Assembly: GCA_002633005.1 (NCBI GenBank)
Contig: NMRA01000040.1
Span: 1,113,805-1,177,804 of the forward strand
Length of the DNA stretch: 64,000 bases
Reading direction: 5' to 3'
DNA from: Phoronis australis
Taxonomy: Eukaryota > Animalia > Phoronida
The notes under the pieces were generated by a model, which was given only the letters and a program-made list of their open reading frames with translations, was not told where the DNA came from and did not search any database. The translations under genes and the position numbers were made by a program. Shown here in pieces: positions 61,846 through 64,000 of the stretch. How positions within the stretch are numbered: position 1 is the first letter of the stretch; the number at the start of each line of letters is the position of its first letter.

Positions 61846-63267
61846 GTAAAGTAGATAGTAATTTTCTTTCCTTTCTTGTACACATTTTGTCAATTGTAAT
61901 GTACTCTTCCTTGTGACTGTGTTGCCAATTTTATACCTAGCCTTTTCCACAAATTTCTCAAATGGACATAACTTCAAACACAATACTAATTTTCAAAAAT
62001 AAGGATTAGGTGATTTGACATGGGATTAGTACAGTCTACAGCTAATTGTGACTGGCTCTGTTGGTCTATTCTGTAAAGCGTATTCCTGTTCATATCATTT
62101 TAACTGTAAAGGTTATATTGTGGATGTGCTGCTGAGATGAGGTACAAGTTTCAGTTTTCTCAAAAACATTTGTGTAGCATTTTCACTGGATTTGATATAG
62201 ATTTGAGATGTCAGTTCAGACTAAACATCAATAAAAATGGACTGGGTTACTATTTCTGCTTGGTATAAATTTCAGTCTGCACGCTATGAATATCGACGAG
62301 ATTATAAAAAATAGTCTACCAATCCTGAGGCTGGCCTAGCTATGGAAAATATGACTAATATTTCAAGGCCTCTTTTCGTCAATATGTATACAAAAAGGAG
62401 CTCAATTCTTGGTCTCATTTTCCATGTTTGGCTTGTTATGAACATCACCTCAGATTTGGAAACCCTAATACACCCCCTACTGTAAAAACGATTGCCACAC
62501 ACGTGTGGTTATGTTCCATAGACACGAGAAAGTGGCAAAAACACAAGATTGGGCAAGTCTTTGAGAGATATTGCCATGTATTCAAACAAAGTGCATGATC
62601 ACTCTAGATTTCTTTGCAAGATTCTTGCATCTATAGAATTTAACCCAAGTTTTGGTTATGTTGAAATAAGCCTTCTTGCTTCTCTTCAAACCAGTTAGAA
62701 GTTTTCTGCACCAATTACAATTGGTCACAATTACTGTTCTTACATTATGGACTAAAATAGTTAATAAACCACCAACTTGGCATTCTTGCAACAGTTGAAT
62801 TTGCAATTTCTTCTCTATACTAGGTTTACAACTGAAAAATGCTGCCCTATTTAGTTGGCTATGAAATGAAAATCTAAGGCCTTTTACTCTCATAAAAGTT
62901 TTTACCTAGATAGGATTCTGTATCCCTCACCAATAAGGACAAACCATTAGTGACTGAAGAAAATGCTTCGGTTTTCTGAGGTTGCTCAACCCTTAAATCA
63001 CAAATTCAAAATTGGTGCATTGCCGGCTAGATCATTTGGCAACAATTTGAAATCAGATGAGCGTGTTAATGTTTTTAAACCCCAAAGCGCTCTAGTTAAC
63101 AATTTACCATTATTAGCCAAACAGCGGTGTAATGCCATTTTGACTGACTTAACTTGGGCCGTAACCTAGATGACAATGCAGCAACTGAAAGTTGTGACCA
63201 CCTGATGCCCACTGCTTACGTGTCAATTAAACGGAAGACTTAACCAGTGTGTACTCATTTGTTGCAG

Positions 63268-63364
63268 GTTCAAGCAATTGTTAAGGCAGGTAGCATGAGG
63301 GCCAAGAGCTCAAGATCGTCCATTCACGTGACCACATTTCAGTTAGCTACGGATGATGAACCTT
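63268..63364 (+). CDS. ANOS1: Anosmin-1 exon 9, FnIII-2 end (VQAIVKAGSMRAKSSRSSIHVTTFQLATDDEP); gene continues beyond window
   Basis: ttgcag| acceptor, |gtaagt donor; 97 nt, phase 0 to 1; resembles LQAI..G..RLKS. Confidence 0.85.
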
Positions 63365-63532
63365 GTAAGTGTAACTTCTGCAGTAATGTACTGTAACTTT
63401 CTCACCTTAGTTCATTAGCACTGTATAAATAGGTATAAAACAAAACTTTAGCATGAACATGTCACTAAACTGCTTAACCCCAGGTAGAGATGCAATGTCC
63501 TGATGACTGGCTATTCAAGGTTGTTTGCATTT

Positions 63533-64000
63533 GATGCGCCCACATGTTTTTATGTACCTACATATTTATATGTGGACACATTACGATGTCATTCACGCTC
63601 GTCTGTCCGGCGTCTGTAGCTGTATCTCCAAAACCCTTTTGACTAATGTTCATGAAATTTTGCACGTGCTCCTTTCATGGATGGGACAGCATGAATGAAC
63701 TTTCGGACGGATCCCACTAACGGTGTACCCCCTGGTGGCAACTTTAGTTTTTTACGTTTACCTCTGTATCGTCAAAGGTCCTCAACGTATTTGCGTAAAA
63801 TTTGGCATAAATCAGTGAGATGACACTATCCTCCCGTTTTCGAATGGATTCGACGTAATTTGTGCCACCTAGTGAACATCTTTACCATTTTCAAGTCTGT
63901 TTTTTTGGCATTCACCCTTTTATCAACCAAACCGCTCTGAGGATGATTGGAAAAATTAGCATGTATGTTCTTACCATGAAGAGGATGGCTCATGATGATT
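63533..64000 (+). mobile_element. Helentron-type family A, runs off window end
   Basis: atgcgcccacat...atgtggacac, gtctgtccggcgtc, core repeats. Confidence 0.75.

Overview
AT-rich, repeat-dense draft-assembly DNA from a bilaterian invertebrate (spliceosomal introns, N-gaps; species not determinable). It carries two spliced genes on the + strand, both reconstructed by hand with consistent GT-AG phases. (1) The 3' end of myosin VIIa: 8 coding exons, 10080-18596, covering the end of MyTH4-2 and FERM-2, with the stop at 18594-18596. (2) The 5' part of anosmin-1/KAL1: 9 coding exons, 28219-63364, covering the signal peptide, Cys-rich region, WAP domain and FnIII-1/-2; it continues past the window. 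The rest is mostly nested transposon debris: two non-autonomous Helentron families, TA-flanked TIR elements carrying a decayed HIRAN-like gene, hAT-like elements with 5- and 6-bp TSDs, three THAP-domain transposon relics and three Penelope-type fold-backs with minimal hammerhead motifs. Two gap-flanking duplications (6.2-9.7 kb and 20.3-25.3 kb) look like uncollapsed haplotypes. The most interesting leads are a Helentron whose core repeat is an array of CTCF-like motifs, the HIRAN-cargo transposon, and U3-A8 variant hammerheads. All family assignments come from motif recognition by eye, not from database searches.
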